Numbered from the whole stretch's first letter, positions 41,348 through 55,401 are shown. The stretch: 62,928 nucleotides of DNA, filler included, from Stramenopiles sp. TOSAG23-6 (GCA_900128565.1; 44 parts of 44 records of this genome joined end to end with filler, not necessarily neighbours in it), one strand, 5' to 3'. Numbers and translations: made by a program. Notes: generated from the sequence alone by a model not told the origin.

Positions 41348-42549
41348 AATCAATGTTGAAAATAACTATTAATATGACCTACTACTTACTACTTGGTGAT
41401 GAGACCGATTTTAAGGTGTCACAACAGAAACGTTGACCGCTGACTTATTTATATATGACGATGATGGCCGAGGATGTTATATATTATTTTGATATCCATC
41501 CACATAGCTTAAATGATTAAATCATTCATGGAGGAATACAGAAATACACTGGAAAACTAGCAACTGTATTGGAGCGGCNNNNNNNNNNNNNNNNNNNNNN
41601 NNNNNNNNNNNNNNNNNNNNNNTTAATTAATTAANNNNNNNNNNNNNNNNNNNNNNNNNNNNNNNNNNNNNNNNNNNNCGGAGTCACTGATTCCCCACTA
41701 TTAGCTGTTAAAGCACAAACAAACATCACACAACATACCAATATACCAATCTCTTCCTGCTCTCCTCCTCCTTCCTCTGTGAGCCTTTTACTGGTATTCT
41801 ATCATCATCAGAGCGTACAGGTATATATCATCATCAGTGTGTGTGCTAACATCCATCAACCAACAATCAATCAAATAAACCAATACCTTTGCGACCGACG
41901 AATAAACTATTTGTTTCATTTTTGTAAATGTGAAAACATGAGTTGACAGATTTAACTGTCAAAGATGAAAATAAAAACGATAAACCAACAACCAGTTACG
42001 AGAACAGAAGCGTTACTTGCGTGATATTGTTAGATTTAACAGCATCGCAAGATTTAAAATGAAACCTAAAAAGTTGACTTTGGAGGGAAAGGATGGGGCA
42101 CGACGCATCGTTTTTAGAAACTACTCGCCGTTTGACACGAAATTCTTTGGCAAACGTGAGACTATCGGAAACTATTTTAACAAACCACAGGGAGGTAATG
42201 TGATAAAGCGTGGGTTCGATCAAAACGTTGGTAAGAAGAGGAATCGTGGTACGTTGAAAAGAATGCTCTCAAATAAACTGGAGCCTTTAGAGAAGCAAAC
42301 CAAACTTGCTATTTACGAATTGTTGAAAGCAGAGATGCAAAACAAAAGTTGAGAACGAATATTTTGGAGAGTGGTGTACATAATATGAAAATAAAATAAA
42401 CACGAGTATGAAATTCCGTGATAATTTCTGTTTTTGAATATTTCATTTAAATGAAAGAATTTTACCATACACGGTATTTCTTTCTTGCTTAGTACTTTGT
42501 ACTTCGTATTTCTTACGTTAAGTCGTTACCTTTACTCGCGTGTCTCTGG

Positions 42550-43004
42550 CTACCGTAGATTGGTTTCATTCGTCAGTTGCCTGTCGAAAGAGTGTCTGCC
42601 CCNNNNNNNNNNNNNNNNNNNNNNNNNGACGATAACAGGTCCATGCTCCAATCTAGACAAGGCCCGTTTGTCCAGCGACGCTTTCAACGCTTCCGCTTCG
42701 TCAGGCGCGTGCAGAGATAAGAGCTTGTATGCCTCCCTAGCAGTTTTTCTGGTCTCCCCCACGGTGTCCTCTATCCCTAACTTCACACAGTGTCTAAGTC
42801 CTCCTCCCAACTCTATCCACTTTTGTGGTTCCCAATTCTCTAATAATGCCAACACACAATACAATGCGTTGCAACGTACAGCTTTAGAACGCGATTTTGC
42901 AAACTTGAGCAAAACCTTTATGGTACGGGGAGATTGAGTGAATTGAACGACGGAGAGCATGCATTTGGCTCATTTCTCGGCTATGACTTTATTTCCGCCG
43001 CCCG
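42550..43004 (-). CDS. CLASP/TOG-like HEAT-repeat fragment
   Basis: KSRSKAVRCNALYCV..LE.W...CVKLGIED..GETRKTAREAY. Confidence 0.65.
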
Positions 43005-43104
43005 NNNNNNNNNNNNNNNNNNNNNNNNNNNNNNNNNNNNNNNNNNNNTTAATTAATTAANNNNNNNNNNNNNNNNNNNNNNNNNNNNNNNNNNNNNNNN
43101 NNNN

Positions 43105-44429
43105 AGTACAGTTAATGATTTGTTAATTTGTTTTGCTTCCATAAATCGTTCCCCTTTCACACCCTTTTTTTATTGAAATATACCAAATAAAATGTTTTTG
43201 TTGATATTAGGTACAAAATTTCGTATGAAAAAAAAATGAAAAAAAAAATTAAAAAAAATTGTTAGGTACAAAATTTCGTATGAAAAAAAAATGAAAAAAA
43301 AAAAATTTAAAAAAAAAATTAAAAAAACTTACACTTTTTCGTGTTCTCTCAGATCCAGCTAAATCAACAAAAAGAAACTGTTGCCTAATTAAAATCCGTG
43401 GATTTCGTGTACTTTCGTTTTTTTCTGAGTATTTGTTTTTGGTAGAAAAACTTGTAAGATGAAGTTTAACAAGGCAGTGTGATCGAGACGAATGATCATT
43501 CAGTTTATGACCAGCAGAACGTCTTGATACAATATTTAAAAAAAAAAAAAAAAAAAATCGTTAGGTACAAAATTTCGTACGAAAAAATATTCNAAAAANA
43601 TTCAAAAAAAAAAATCGAAAAAAAATCGNAAAAGATGTTGAAGAACATANATGCTTCCACATGCATTACAAATTGAGCAACATCAGTCTCATTTTTTATC
43701 GGCCANAGTTTTTCACCGACAGTCGCAAANTNTCTATTTTTCGTGTCTTTCTGATTTTGAGTCAAAGTATTTAAATTTTTTGAATTTTTTGAATTTTTTG
43801 AATTTTTTGAATTTTTTGAATTTTTTAAATTTTTTGAATTTTTATTCTTACATTCTAAAGTTAACCGACTTTTTGCTTGAAAACAACGAAAACATTGACA
43901 TGTAGAAGGATGTGCAAAATCACCNCCACCTGTTGTTCTGTGATCTCTTGCTCCGAATTCGCATGTTTAGTAAAAAAAAAAAAAATCAAATATTTTTTGT
44001 TAGGTACAAAATTACCTACAAAAAAATTTCGAACAAAAAAAAATTGAAATTTGAAAAAAAAATGAAAAAACGTACAACCACCTCCTCGTACCACAACTGT
44101 ATTTCTAGGTTTCGTTCTGGATATTTGTAATGGAGATGAATCATTCAGCAAATCATATGCCACATTATTGTATACTTCAATCGCAGTGGCCTGTAATGTT
44201 GCACCATTTGCTACGTTGGATCGTAGCAAAGAAAGAGCTATGCGAGGTAAAATTCCCCATGCATTTGGCACATTTTTAACATTTGGAACATTTTTAACAT
44301 TTTGCACATTTTTAACATTTGGCATACAAACACTATCTTTAGCACTACTCTTAAGCGCCGATTCAGTAAGACAACCTTTTGGTCCAAACATTGTGTACGT
44401 CTTGCCAGAACCTGTCTGTCCGTATGCTA
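43105..44429 (-). CDS. Kinesin motor domain fragment; duplicate contig at 44530-45854
   Basis: AYGQTGSGKTYTMFG, EVYNN.AYDLL, NDHSSRSH, FVDLAGSER, INKSLTVL across three introns. Confidence 0.92.
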
Positions 44430-45954
44430 NNNNNNNNNNNNNNNNNNNNNNNNNNNNNNNNNNNNNNNNNNNNTTAATTAATTAANNNNNNNNNNNNNNN
44501 NNNNNNNNNNNNNNNNNNNNNNNNNNNNNAGTACAGTTAATGATTTGTTAATTTGTTTTGCTTCCATAAATCGTTCCCCTTTCACACCCTTTTTTTATTG
44601 AAATATACCAAATAAAATGTTTTTGTTGATATTAGGTACAAAATTTCGTATGAAAAAAAAATGAAAAAAAAAATTAAAAAAAATTGTTAGGTACAAAATT
44701 TCGTATGAAAAAAAAATGAAAAAAAAAAAATTTAAAAAAAAAATTAAAAAAACTTACACTTTTTCGTGTTCTCTCAGATCCAGCTAAATCAACAAAAAGA
44801 AACTGTTGCCTAATTAAAATCCGTGGATTTCGTGTACTTTCGTTTTTTTCTGAGTATTTGTTTTTGGTAGAAAAACTTGTAAGATGAAGTTTAACAAGGC
44901 AGTGTGATCGAGACGAATGATCATTCAGTTTATGACCAGCAGAACGTCTTGATACAATATTTAAAAAAAAAAAAAAAAAAAATCGTTAGGTACAAAATTT
45001 CGTACGAAAAAATATTCNAAAAANATTCAAAAAAAAAAANCGAAAAAAAATCGNAAAAGATGTTGAAGAACATANATGCTTCCACATGCATTACAAATTG
45101 AGCAACATCAGTCTCATTTTTTATCGGCCANAGTTTTTCACCGACAGTCGCAAANTNTCTATTTTTCGTGTCTTTCTGATTTTGAGTCAAAGTATTTAAA
45201 TTTTTTGAATTTTTTGAATTTTTTGAATTTTTTGAATTTTTTGAATTTTTTAAATTTTTTGAATTTTTATTCTTACATTCTAAAGTTAACCGACTTTTTG
45301 CTTGAAAACAACGAAAACATTGACATGTAGAAGGATGTGCAAAATCACCNCCACCTGTTGTTCTGTGATCTCTTGCTCCGAATTCGCATGTTTAGTAAAA
45401 AAAAAAAAAATCAAATATTTTTTGTTAGGTACAAAATTACCTACAAAAAAATTTCGAACAAAAAAAAATTGAAATTTGAAAAAAAAATGAAAAAACGTAC
45501 AACCACCTCCTCGTACCACAACTGTATTTCTAGGTTTCGTTCTGGATATTTGTAATGGAGATGAATCATTCAGCAAATCATATGCCACATTATTGTATAC
45601 TTCAATCGCAGTGGCCTGTAATGTTGCACCATTTGCTACGTTGGATCGTAGCAAAGAAAGAGCTATGCGAGGTAAAATTCCCCATGCATTTGGCACATTT
45701 TTAACATTTGGAACATTTTTAACATTTTGCACATTTTTAACATTTGGCATACAAACACTATCTTTAGCACTACTCTTAAGCGCCGATTCAGTAAGACAAC
45801 CTTTTGGTCCAAACATTGTGTACGTCTTGCCAGAACCTGTCTGTCCGTATGCTANNNNNNNNNNNNNNNNNNNNNNNNNNNNNNNNNNNNNNNNNNNNTT
45901 AATTAATTAANNNNNNNNNNNNNNNNNNNNNNNNNNNNNNNNNNNNNNNNNNNN

Positions 45955-46831
45955 TCTCGAGAAAACCTTTTTATAAGACTTTAGTCTCAAATCAAATGAA
46001 AAATCAAGGAAATTGTCAGGAGAATTCCACAACTTTTATTCTAGCACCCATTGAACGATACTCGTATGTATGTTTTCAATTTCGAATTTCAACTTTTTTT
46101 TTTTTTTTTCATACGACATTTTGTACCTAACATTTGTTTTTTGATTTTTTTGTTTTTCACAACACATTGGATGCCAAAGTGGGCTGTGGACAGACCTGTA
46201 TATGTTGAAAGTGACGGAAAACATAGTCCGTTTTTAAGTTCATGGTTTATTCATATACCCGATTTATCTTTAGATACAAATAGTACAATTTCAATATATG
46301 ATTCTTTAGATGCCATTTCACAAGGTAAACAAATTAATGGAGTCAAAAGTGAAGAAAATAGTACTCAACAAATTCAAAATTCGTTAGGTACAAAATTAAC
46401 TACAGAATCTCAAGATTCAATTTCGAATTTGCAAATTTCTGATCCTCTCATCAAAAGAATGAAATATTTATTGAACAATAATAAAAGACAATCTTGGGTC
46501 GTTGCTCGAACATGTAAAGGAACAAAATGGAAAATTCAAAAACAGGACAAAATGATTCAACGTGCTCCTAACTCTAAAAATCATAAAAATCATAAAAATC
46601 ATAAAAAAATAGTAAAGATAAATCAAATGAAACATCGCAAAAATCGATTACGATTACCTAAACATTTGCGTGATGTTCGAACAAGACAAAATGTAAGAAA
46701 TCATAAAAATAATAAAAATGAATTTCTTGCTGTTTTACATAAAAAACGAAAGCACAATAGTAACCCTGACAAGAACAAGAACAAAACAAAAAAAACAAAA
46801 AAAACAAAAAAAACAAGAAAAAAAAAAAAAA
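45955..46831 (+). CDS. Hypothetical Lys-rich protein fragment, one family intron
   Basis: Open frame after acceptor CACAACACAT at ~46167; no domain recognised. Confidence 0.35.
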
Positions 46832-47633
46832 NNNNNNNNNNNNNNNNNNNNNNNNNNNNNNNNNNNNNNNNNNNNNNNNNNNNNNNNNNNNNNNNNNNNN
46901 NNNNNNNNNNNNNNNNNNNNNNNNNNNNNNNNNNNNNNNNCCTTGATTTTAATTGTAAACATCACTTACACAACACTTTTTTTTTTCATACGAAATTCTG
47001 TACCTAACAATTTTTTTTTTTTGACTTTTTCCTCTCCGAAGAATCAATTTGAATAATTACACATTTTTCTCGCGCGTGAAAATAAATGCCACATAGATAT
47101 AAAAAAGAGACACATACACTTAAAATCAAGGATACTCCCATACCAGTGTTTTTACCAAAGATAAAGATATTAGAATATCGAAAGCCAATACAAAATATTC
47201 CATTCCCAATGTTTTGTAGTAAAAATGCAACAATCGTAAAATTATAGTGTTTTCCGTCGCGATTCTTCAGAGGTAAAAANNNNNNNNNNNNNNNNNNNNN
47301 NNNNNNNNNNNNNNNNNNNNNNNTTAATTAATTAANNNNNNNNNNNNNNNNNNNNNNNNNNNNNNNNNNNNNNNNNNNNGATTAGCTTTTGAAATGTGTT
47401 TTGTTTCGTCTCATTTCAGTTGACTTCAACTGGAAGGGTTTGTCTGTCAGTCAACCAGACTCTCTTTCCGATTCTCTTCGTTTTATTAATCTTTTATTTG
47501 TTTTACATATCACATACTCTTCATGATATTTATTTTTATACATTCCCCCCTAGGTTGTTTCCATTTTGTTACTTTCGTTTTGGTTGCAAGAGTTTTAACA
47601 TTTCTCTACATTCGACTATATACTCCATAACAG

Positions 47634-47993
47634 CTCGCTCTTTCGCAAGCCGCCCCGATCACATGGGAACATACGATCNNNNNNNNNNNNNNNNNNNNNN
47701 NNNNNNNNNNNNCTGGCGATCCGAATAAGCGTAATTTTGCATATTTTATGCTCGGTGGGTCTCGATTTATTTACGCCTCAGCTGGACGTCTGGCTGTACT
47801 GAAACTTCTTGATACGATGAACGCTAGTGCTGATGTACTTGCTTTAGCAAGTTTGGAGGTTGATATTGGAGCTGTTGAAACTGGTACTGCCATTACTGTC
47901 AAATGGCGTGGTAAACCCGTTTTCGTAAGACGCAGAACTCCAGACGAAATCGCGCAAGCTGAAAATGTAGACATTGGATCTTTGAGAGATCAG
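47634..47993 (+). CDS. UQCRFS1: Mitochondrial cytochrome bc1 Rieske Fe-S protein fragment
   Basis: [46 protein letters not shown]...LRD. Confidence 0.95.
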
Positions 47994-48856
47994 NNNNNNN
48001 NNNNNNNNNNNNNNNNNNNNNNNNNNNNNNNNNNNNNNNNNNNNNNNNNNNNNNNNNNNNNNNNNNNNNNNNNNNNNNNNNNNNNNNNNNNNNNNNNNNN
48101 NNNNNNNNNNNNNNNNNNNNNNNNNNNNNNNNNNNNNNNNNNNNNNNNNNNNNNNNNNNNNNNNNNNNNNNNNNNNNNNNNNNNNNNNNNNNNNNNNNNN
48201 NNNNNNNNNNNNNAAACTTCTCATCGGATAAACATTTTAGTTCCATAAGAAAAATACAGTTGGTTTGATTTATAATATTAGTGAAGAAAGTTACTGTTTT
48301 TTTTTAATAAATTATTGGTGAAAGCAAACTCTACATTTTGTTCTTCCTCATTTGATTTTCTGAAACAATTTTATTTTTAAATATTTTTTTACAATTATTT
48401 AGACACTGGTGATACCAACATAAAGTCAANNNNNNNNNNNNNNNNNNNNNNNNNNNNNNNNNNNNNNNNNNNNNNNNNNNNNNNNNNNAAACTTCTCATC
48501 GGATAAACATTTTAGTTCCATAAGAAAAATACAGTTGGTTTGATTTATAATATTAGTGAAGAAAGTTACTGTTTTTTTTTAATAAATTATTGGTGAAAGC
48601 AAACTCTACATTTTGTTCTTCCTCATTTGATTTTCTGAAACAATTTTATTTTTAAATATTTTTTTACAATTATTTAGACACTGGTGATACCAACATAAAG
48701 TCAANNNNNNNNNNNNNNNNNNNNNNNNNNNNNNNNNNNNNNNNNNNNTTAATTAATTAANNNNNNNNNNNNNNNNNNNNNNNNNNNNNNNNNNNNNNNN
48801 NNNNACGAAATTTCGTATGAAAAAAAAATTAAATTAGAAATTCATATAAAACATAC

Positions 48857-50036
48857 ACTCTCTTTCGAGATTCGCACACCAAGGGGATCAATATCAAAAA
48901 CAAAGCGCATTGAAGGTAAAACTTCACTTTTATCTTCATCGTTTTTATCATTATTTGTAACGTAATATGTATGCGAATCTACAGTATATTGAAAAGTGTT
49001 GTAAAACCTTTCCCATAATGATTTATTATACACCAATGAAAATTTCTTCAAAAATTCACTATTTTTGACTAATTTCATCAGTTGAAATGGAATTGTGTAT
49101 CCTTGAATTTCTGTTTGTACTAGTTTCAAGTAATGTTCGTAGGATTCATTTTTCTTACTGACAAAATTTTGCCCACCCAAAGCATTCATATTTGGTCTAT
49201 TTGGCAAGGTATCTCGAAAGTGAAGACTTGATTCAGAACTTTCATGTACTGTGAAAAAATAGAAATACTTTTTAAATGTTAGGTACAAAATTTACTATGA
49301 AAAAGTTTTTCGAAAGTCAATTTTGAAAACGCACATGAAGCATTTGAGCGTGATCGCCAAATGTTAAATATTCAATTGTGTGACTCATATCAACCTCCTC
49401 ATCGTTAAAGTCATGCCATGGTGAATAAACAGTAAACAAAAGGGATCCCGGTACTAATGATGCATCAAAATGACCAGTAACTTTACATCCAGGCTCCAAC
49501 TTTTCAATTTCAGGTTCTAATCGCCTCTGCTTACCTAAGTGTTTTTTGGAAAATCTTTTCTTCTTTGTTGCTCTGTTGAGAGCTTTCTCAAGAGATGCCA
49601 TGCCAATCAACGCCTCGTCACGCAATTTTGCTTTTTCTGAATCATTTTCATTCAATTTTTGAAGCGTTTTTTCTGAGCTTTCATTTTTATCATTTTTTAA
49701 ATACGTCCTATATTGAATTTCTTTTTTACATTCTGATAAACAAGTAAAGGGATCATGAGGGCACAAAGATTCCTTGGCTCGAATAGTTTTCCCATCAAAA
49801 ACACATTCACAATATCCTGAATTGCCGGTTGGGACTGTCGATGTACAAATACGATCGTTGTCTGGTTCTGGGTGCCCAGAGGGATCACAACCTGCAGTTT
49901 GTCGCCAAGCAATGCATTCTTCTGTTTGTGTTTTTTTAATATTGTCTTCACCAAATTCTTTCGATTCGATAAACTTTGGATCATCTTTCAATTTGGGCAG
50001 ACTATCTATTTTCCTTATAAATGCTGAGACAGTGCG
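48857..50036 (-). CDS. ERGIC/Erv41-Erv46-type ER vesicle protein (COPII-coated ERV C-terminal domain) fragment
   Basis: PGCKVTGHF..VPG, DMSHTIEYLTFG, YEHYLKLVQT, FQYT, LPSMRFVFDIDPL; GT-AT intron 49244-49334. Confidence 0.85.
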
Positions 50037-50267
50037 ATGTATTTTGGAAAAATATTTCAAAAAAAAAAAACTTAAAATCGTTAGGTACAAAATTTCGTAC
50101 GAAAAAAAAATCGAATTTGAAAAAAAATNNNNNNNNNNNNNNNNNNNNNNNNNNNNNNNNNNNNNNNNNNNNTTAATTAATTAANNNNNNNNNNNNNNNN
50201 NNNNNNNNNNNNNNNNNNNNNNNNNNNNAAAATATGTCAAATATTTGATATGTTTTGTTAGGGTTAA

Positions 50268-50308
<41 letters not shown>

Positions 50309-50311
50309 AAA

Positions 50312-50359
<48 letters not shown>

Positions 50360-50407
50360 CTAACCCTAACAAAACATATCAAATATTTGACATATTTTTT
50401 TTTCAAG

Positions 50408-51447
50408 TGTAGAGTTGAAACAAAAAATTTGATTACAGAAATTTTACATTTATTATTTAAAAACAAATTAAATAAAACAAACCTGTCCCATCTACGGACG
50501 GCCTGGGGAAGAATTGCAATTGAAAGCCTTACGACAATGCAAAATACAAAAAATACAAAAAATACAAAAAATACAAAAAATGAATATGAAGATCAGTACA
50601 GACGAAATTCGTATAGTATGCTTATCTACCGGATTATACAACCTACATTTCAGTGCCAGGTTTGTTCCACACTGATTCAAGAATTACATAGTGCTGTATT
50701 GAATGGATTTTCAACATCATCTCAAGTATCCTCGAATAAGTATGTTATTTTTTGTAGGGTTATTCCTACTAACCCAAAATTATGTCAAATATTAAAAAAA
50801 AAAAAAAAAAAAAACTTTTTTTTTTTTTTTTTTCGTAGTAAATTTTGTACCTAACCAATTTTTTTTTTTTTTTTTCACAATATAGATTGTCATTCACAAA
50901 AAATACAAAACGTGATCTGAATAACCCTAACCCTACGCTAAATATAGACTGTAATAATATCGAATATAAAAATACTAGAATTATTATTGATATTCTTAAA
51001 ACAATGACAGTATTAGCTGATGAAGCAACAGGTACGATACTATTATTTATTTTTTTTGAAAAAAAACTTTTTTCATAGTAAATTTTGTACCTAACAAAAT
51101 GTTTTTTTTTTTTTTTTGAATTTTTTGAATTTTTTTTTTGTCATACGTGCAGTAATATAAAATACTCAAAATACAATTTTAAACTCTGTACAATATTTTC
51201 TTGCACATTACATCAACAGATTTGATTACTTACCCACAATTGCTATGGACTTCTTGTGCACTATTGTTAGCGTGTAACCCTAACCCTAACACGAAATCGT
51301 CTTTTATGCCTTCAAAATCACAAAAGGACATTATCTATCCTACTCTTTCTCTTCTTTCAACTATTATAAGAAAATCTGATTTAAAATCACCATTAGCTCG
51401 ACAAGTTGCATTAGCTACTTTACCTAAACATTGGAGAAATTCACAAT
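50408..51447 (+). CDS. Furry/Tao3/MOR2-PAG1-like fragment (exon structure unresolved)
   Basis: LRTAWGRIAI and YPQLLWTSCALL resemble the MOR2-PAG1 C-terminal region. Confidence 0.45.
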
Positions 51448-51652
51448 GTAAATTATTATGTCTCAATTTTTTTTTTTTTGAAATATTTTTTTGAAATATT
51501 TTTTTTTTTTTTTGGTTTTTTTTTCGTAGGGAATTTTGTACCTAACATTTTTNNNNNNNNNNNNNNNNNNNNNNNNNNNNNNNNNNNNNNNNNNNNTTAA
51601 TTAATTAANNNNNNNNNNNNNNNNNNNNNNNNNNNNNNNNNNNNNNNNNNNN

Positions 51653-52975
51653 TTGTTGTACTATTTGCCATACAATTTCTAACCATTGTATGAAAATTGG
51701 AGATACTTCAGTTTCATCTGCATCAGCACCACTATGACCACATCTATGATGAAACATATGACCAAAACTGCACCATTCTTTTTCAATAAGCACAGCAAAA
51801 CCATCGAGAGTTCTATAAAATGGATCTAAAATAAGTTGTGCAGTGGCACACAACTGAGTTGTTCTATCCCATCCATCACTACAATGGACAACACAAGCTG
51901 CACCTCGTTCTAATCTACGAGCAATTCGTACAGCACCATTTAATAGCATTGAAGTATAATAAGGCCATTTTGTATTGGATAATGCGACTAACCAATTCAC
52001 ACCAGAATTGTTTGTTGAAGTCGTCACAGTGTCTTCTAAAGATCGTCGGCGATTCACCAAAAATCCACCACTCGCTGAAATTGGTTCATTCATTGTTTGT
52101 ACTCTTGTTCGAGCCTGTGCTTGTACACCAGCGCTTTCAGCCAGGCGAACAACTGCTTTATGACTCGTTCGTATTGCATGTATTCTAAAACAATATTTCA
52201 AAAAACAATGAAATTCGTTAGGTACGAAATTTTCTTTGTACAACAAATGGTACAGTAATAATGAAATGTACATGAATATTATCAATATCAAGAAAATGAA
52301 CCTGTGCTACTTGTTTTCCACCGAGAAGATTAATCGCTTCATATCCTCGGCCAGCGACGGCATTCGCTTGTGCTGCCAATCGTGATCTAGCATCAAATAT
52401 ATGTAGTGTTTCACATGGCTCAAGAGAAGTAGATACATTCCTATTACCACCTACACCAGACCCCGCATGAAGAGAAATTTCTGCAACTTGCTCAGGAGTT
52501 TTTTTGGCAACTGTTGATCGAATTGCTTGTAATAAAAGTGTATCATAAATCAATTTTCTTCCAATGACACCTGCAAGTGGCTGAGAGCAACGACAAAGTG
52601 GTGCTCCATTGGTAGGATGCAACCAAGTGAGCGCTGGTAATCTACGTTTAGCTCTCTCAACAGCCGCTGCTCTTAAATTACTTTTGACAAATGACCGTGG
52701 AAAAGCGAGTTGAGATGGATACGTTGGACAAATACTATAATCATTGTTAATATCCGTAACAACCCATTTTGGATTACCATGAAGACCAATTCGTCTATAA
52801 TCTCGAGATAATCTTTGTCCAAGTTTGCCAGTGTTTGATTGTTTGTTTGCTTGTTCTTTTTGTATAAAACGATTCGTACTTGATGATATTGAATTTTCTA
52901 AACGATTACTTTCAGGTGATATAAAAGACACACCTTCTGATACTATTGATATATTTTTGTTTTTTTAATTATTTT
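51653..52975 (-). CDS. Myotubularin-family phosphoinositide phosphatase fragment
   Basis: CPTYP, RCSQPLAG, IDNIH|AIR across GT-AT intron 52178-52271, VHCSDGWDRT, LIEKEWCSFGH.F. Confidence 0.95.
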
Positions 52976-53075
52976 NNNNNNNNNNNNNNNNNNNNNNNNN
53001 NNNNNNNNNNNNNNNNNNNTTAATTAATTAANNNNNNNNNNNNNNNNNNNNNNNNNNNNNNNNNNNNNNNNNNNN

Positions 53076-54294
53076 CCTGCTGTGATACATGTAGATGAGG
53101 ATATATCAACATTTTCATCATGGGCGGAAAATATTTGTGATTTATTATTATCAACAGAAAAGAAACACAATGAAAATATTGTCCATTCTACTAAAAAAAT
53201 TGACGAATTAAAATCTGAGTTTGCATTCACAGCATTAGCAGAGTACAGTGCATCGCAATTTCAATATAAAGAAAATGTTGAACATCAATTATTACATGAA
53301 AAATATGAAATAGAAAAGAAAAAAAATCAAAGGACAATTAAAAATCAACAAACAAAACATATGAAAAAAATGGAATATTTAGAATTTGAAGTTAAAAATG
53401 CCAAATTTGAACTAGAACAAGCAAAGACAAAATTAAAAGAAACCAATATTGTACATGATGAATTTGAAGCTTTTAAACAAATGTCTGAAAATTCTTTTGA
53501 AACATTGAATTCAGTCATGATTAAAGAAGAAAAAGCATGTACGATTTTATCATACATTTTTATATTTATTTATTTTTCGTACGAAATTTTGTACCTAACG
53601 ATTTTATTCTTCAAATATTGTTTTTAATTGTACATGTAATGATGCTATGAATTGTCTTGAAAATGAATATAAAAATGTAATTTATTCTGAAAATGAAATA
53701 CAAGAAAAGAATAAAAGATATGAAAATGAAATAAAAAATGTAATTTATTCTGAAAATGAATTACAAGAAAAGAATAAAAGATATGAAAATGAATTACAAG
53801 AAAAGAATAAAAGATATGAAAATGAAATAAAAAATGTCACTTTACTTTTGAGTAAAGAACGTGCAATTGTCGATACAACATTCAATGAAAATATACAACA
53901 AAAACAACAGTTACAAAACAATAAACAAAAGATTACAACACTACAAGAAAAAATACACGAAATGGAGATGTCTATGGATACTAAAACACACGAAATCAAT
54001 GAAATACATACGGAAACAATCCGAAAACATGCAAATCAATTAAAACATATCAGTAAACAATCCATCGAGTCATTAAACAAATTCAAAATTCATCATAAAG
54101 ATGAAAAAATGAAATTAATTCATCAAAATACAATTTTACATGAAAAAAATACACGAAATCAAAATAAATTGTATGAATTGAAAAATATTTGGATTACGAA
54201 TAAAAAAAATACACGAAATAGTGAGACAAAGTTAAATTATAATTTTAATGCTTGTGAAAAAACTCTTGAAGATTTAGAAAATATTTTTCATTAA
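53076..54294 (+). CDS. Coiled-coil protein, 3' part, one GT-AT intron (~53539-53635)
   Basis: Heptad-rich E/K/Q/N frames join as EKAC|NDAM; tandem ENELQEKNKRY repeats. Confidence 0.6.
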
Positions 54295-54567
54295 TCACAT
54301 GATATCAATGAAATATATATCAATTTATATAAAAAAAAAATTTTTAATTAGTAGGAGTAAAAGAGTCAATTTATTTTTTGAAAAATAAAAACAAGGAANN
54401 NNNNNNNNNNNNNNNNNNNNNNNNNNNNNNNNNNNNNNNNNNTTAATTAATTAANNNNNNNNNNNNNNNNNNNNNNNNNNNNNNNNNNNNNNNNNNNNTT
54501 TTTCATACGAAATTTTGTACCTAACAAATTTTTTTTTTTTTTTTTTAAATATTGTCTACAATTTGTT

Positions 54568-55401
54568 GTCCAATTAGAAACTACAAATTTTGTAGAACCG
54601 TTAAAAGATTATATTGGTATTACCAGGTCTGTCAAGGACATGCTCAATTGTCGAAAAACAAAACAACTTGCATATCAGTCTGCCGTTGCTGATTTGATGC
54701 GGTCTGAAAAATCCTTACAGGAGTTGAAGAGTAAAGGCGGTTAGTTTTCATTTTTTTTTTTTAAATTTTTTTTTAAATTTTTTTTAAATTTTTTTTAAAT
54801 TTTTTTTTTTAATTTTTTTTTAAATTTTTTTTTCAATTTTTTTTTCAATTTTTTTTAAATTTTTTTTAAATTTTTTTTTATAGATACAATTTCATATCTA
54901 ACAAAACAAGTTTTACAAAACAAATGTAATATTTTTCTACATTTCATGTGGTGGAGCCAGTCACCAAAATAAAATTCAACAAGCTAATCTAATTGTTGAA
55001 AGTTCAAAATCAAAACAAAACGAGACAAAAATTGAACTTGAAAAAGTTGACTCGAGGGTTCAAATTGAAATGAAACGATTTCGTGCAGAGAAATTGGTTG
55101 CATTTCGTGATATGATTACAACATATGTAAAGAAGCAAATTGCATATCAGACCAAGGTTGTTGATACATGTAAGTTATGTTGTTTATTTTTAGAATTTTC
55201 ATTTTTAGAATTTTCATTTTTAGAATTTTAATTTTTAGAATTTTTTTTTTTTTTTTTTTTTTTTAAAAACGAAATTTCATACTTTTCAATTTTATACTAA
55301 AAAACAATATTTAAAAAAAAACATGGAATGGTTTACTACCTGAATTAGGTGATGAAAAGAAACATGATGATATTCAATGCCATGAAGAGACTGATGTCTA
55401 A
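54568..55401 (+). CDS. Sorting nexin (Vps5/SNX1-2 BAR domain), last exons
   Basis: FVEPLKDYI..SVK, EMKRFRAEK, and VDT|WNGLLPEL restored by GT-AT introns 54740-54947 and 55170-55324. Confidence 0.8.

Noticed and set aside
48214-48704. Direct repeats flanking N gaps (also 55922-56481)
   Set aside because: Identical sequence on either side of a scaffold gap is a typical scaffolding overlap artefact
51141-51200. In-frame TAA codons suggesting stop-codon reassignment
   Set aside because: Other genes end normally at TAA, TAG or TGA and long exons lack internal stops; unresolved splicing or a homopolymer error is more likely
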